Shown here: in pieces, positions 52,801-54,217 of the stretch
Position numbering within the stretch: the stretch's first letter is position 1
Layout of the letters: each line of letters starts with the position of its first letter
IMG/VR virus record: IMGVR_UViG_3300014050_000030
Span: 1 to 54,217 of that record
Strand: one strand, 5' to 3'
DNA length: 54,217 nucleotides
From: a virus
Taxonomy: Duplodnaviria > Caudoviricetes
The notes under the pieces: generated by a model
Told to the model about the DNA's origin: nothing
Databases searched by the model: none
Seen by the model: the letters and a program-made list of their open reading frames with translations, nothing else
Translations under genes and position numbers: made by a program

Positions 52801-53711
52801 TGCTGCCACCTAACCAATACATACCCAGACGCCCCAGCCCCTCCATTGGTCGAATTTAAGTTGGAGGTATGTCGACCGCCGCCTCCGCCCCCAGAGCCAT
52901 AGCCAGAGGTATTTGCAACAATTGTTGCAGCGGAGCCGTTATTTGCACCCGTGCCGCCGTTTCCACCTCCACTGGCTCCAGAGCCTGCGGTTCCAGTAGA
53001 CAAAGCTCCACCGCCGCCTCCGCCCGCTACAAGAATAGAGCTAGTCCCTGCTGAGGTATTTATAGCAACCCCGGAAGCCCCATCAGTCCAATAAAAAGTT
53101 TTTCCGGCGCCACCAGAGCCCGAGGTTGTGGTCGAGTTGGTTCCTCCAACCGCATTAGCACCGCCGCCGCCACCAGCAGTACCACGAGTGGTGGCGCCAC
53201 CACCGGCATTGGCGTACCCCGTGCCGCCGGAGCCTGCCGAGGCGGTTCCGCCAGAACCGGATGTGGTCGCACCGATGACAGTTCCCGTGGGGTCGTAAAA
53301 ATAACCGCCTCCACCGCCGGAGCCGCCGTTGTTACCTGCGGGAGCGTTTCCGCCGCCGCCCCCGGTTGCGATGACCGATGCGCCGAAAGATGAGTTTCCA
53401 CCATTACCACCGGCTGCTCCCGCAGTTCCCGCTGTTCCGGCAGCTCCTACAGTAACGGTGACGTTTCCAGTGACTGTGACCGCTGAGGCATAAACAACAC
53501 CTCCGGCACCGCCACCACCGCCGGAAAAATCATTAGCGGGAGCAGTGGTTTGGAAGTACCCACCCGAGCCGCCGCCACCGCCTGCAACGACAAGCACTTC
53601 AACCGTTGAAACGCCAGCTGGTTTTGTCCAAGTGCTAGCTCCGGCAGTTGTGAATACTTGCGACGTCCAAGTAAGGCTTTGAGCTGCAATATTAAGTAAT
53701 CTGCGGCTCAT
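52797..53711 (-). CDS. Glycine-rich virion (fibre-associated) protein
   Basis: FT..G..TW.KP.GV..VEVLVVAGGGGG...GASG.V.VRW. Confidence 0.8.
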   Translation of the reverse strand: MSRRLLNIAAQSLTWTSQVFTTAGASTWTKPAGVSTVEVLVVAGGGGGSGGYFQTTAPANDFSGGGGGAGGVVYASAVTVTGNVTVTVGAAGTAGTAGAAGGNGGNSSFGASVIATGGGGGNAPAGNNGGSGGGGGYFYDPTGTVIGATTSGSGGTASAGSGGTGYANAGGGATTRGTAGGGGGANAVGGTNSTTTSGSGGAGKTFYWTDGASGVAINTSAGTSSILVAGGGGGGALSTGTAGSGASGGGNGGTGANNGSAATIVANTSGYGSGGGGGGRHTSNLNSTNGGAGASGYVLVRWQQ

Positions 53712-54217
53712 TATGCAAACGCCTTGCCAGCTAAGAAACCATACACGGCAGAGGTAGAACCGCCTGAGCGGTTCACCACCAGGGTCACAATATCAGTGGC
53801 ATTAGCGGCAGTAGATAATGTTGGCGCAGTGCCACCAGCCCACTTGGTTCCAGTAGGCCAAGTAACTGTTTTACCTCCAGTGCCATCTTGGGTAATGATA
53901 AGAGTCAAAGTAATAGAGCCATCAGACGGCAGGTTACTAAAAGTTAAAGCGGTGCCGATGGAACCTGTGAGGGTGACGGTGTGAGTGGTGCCAGCGCCCG
54001 CGTCAATGGCAAAGGTGGCGGCTTGGTTGCCATTTGCCTTGATGGTCTCCACGGCGGTCGCGGATGCCGCGTCAGCGATGACGGTGACGCCACCCGATGA
54101 GCCGCAATACTTCAGCGCTCCCGACTCCACATACAGGTAGCCGCCACTTGTCGGGATTGCACTAGGGGCGGGTTGCTTTGTGAAAAAAAAGAAAAACGGG
54201 AACCTCTCAAAAAGGCG
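53711..54217 (-). CDS. Tail-fibre-type protein, C-terminal part (5' truncated by the window end)
   Basis: Frame open to window end; P..GG.LYVE.GALKY.GSSG motif and QD.TGG.TVTWP...W..G.APTLST domain. Confidence 0.7.
   Translation of the reverse strand, partial: RLFERFPFFFFFTKQPAPSAIPTSGGYLYVESGALKYCGSSGGVTVIADAASATAVETIKANGNQAATFAIDAGAGTTHTVTLTGSIGTALTFSNLPSDGSITLTLIITQDGTGGKTVTWPTGTKWAGGTAPTLSTAANATDIVTLVVNRSGGSTSAVYGFLAGKAFA

Noticed and set aside
1-54217. Stop-codon reassignment
   Set aside because: Genes are intact and densely packed under the standard code, TAA, TAG and TGA all terminate genes, and there is no suppressor tRNA
54175-54217. A-rich terminal stretch as a regulatory element
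   Set aside because: It would encode an implausible poly-Phe run in a fibre gene; more likely low-quality contig-end sequence
36437-54217. Diversity-generating retroelement or invertible fibre cassette
   Set aside because: No reverse transcriptase, recombinase or TR/VR repeat pair seen

Overview
A 54 kb piece of a tailed dsDNA phage genome with a contractile (myovirus) tail. The host is most likely an actinobacterium, inferred from two WhiB genes, an MSMEG_6728-like protein and an M15-type lysin. It has three parts. (1) A plus-strand, probably early arm (about 300-7140) with a MoxR-type AAA+ ATPase, an HExxH/vWA partner, WhiB, many small Cys-rich proteins and a SAM methyltransferase, ending at a bidirectional terminator. 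(2) A minus-strand block (7.2-35.9 kb) for nucleotide metabolism, recombination and replication: class II RNR, an unexplained NTase/GT2/HAD-like/484-aa cassette, tRNA-Ile(UAU), metallophosphoesterase, SpoVS, RuvC, Cas4-like nuclease, WhiB, RecA, PolA, SSB, SNF2, primase, DnaB and a DnaC-like ATPase. (3) Four plus-strand tRNAs, then a minus-strand baseplate/tail/neck module truncated at the window end. I recognised no capsid, portal, terminase, integrase or holin gene. The most notable signals are near-complete loss of 4-bp palindromes in the left arm only, no GATC anywhere (manual scan), a candidate +1 frameshift (UUU_CGA) in the tail chaperone, an anti-SD-loop hairpin in front of polA, a UAU-anticodon tRNA, a metallothionein-like microprotein, and a spike OB-fold split by an inserted domain. 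All functional calls come from motif recognition by eye, not from database searches.
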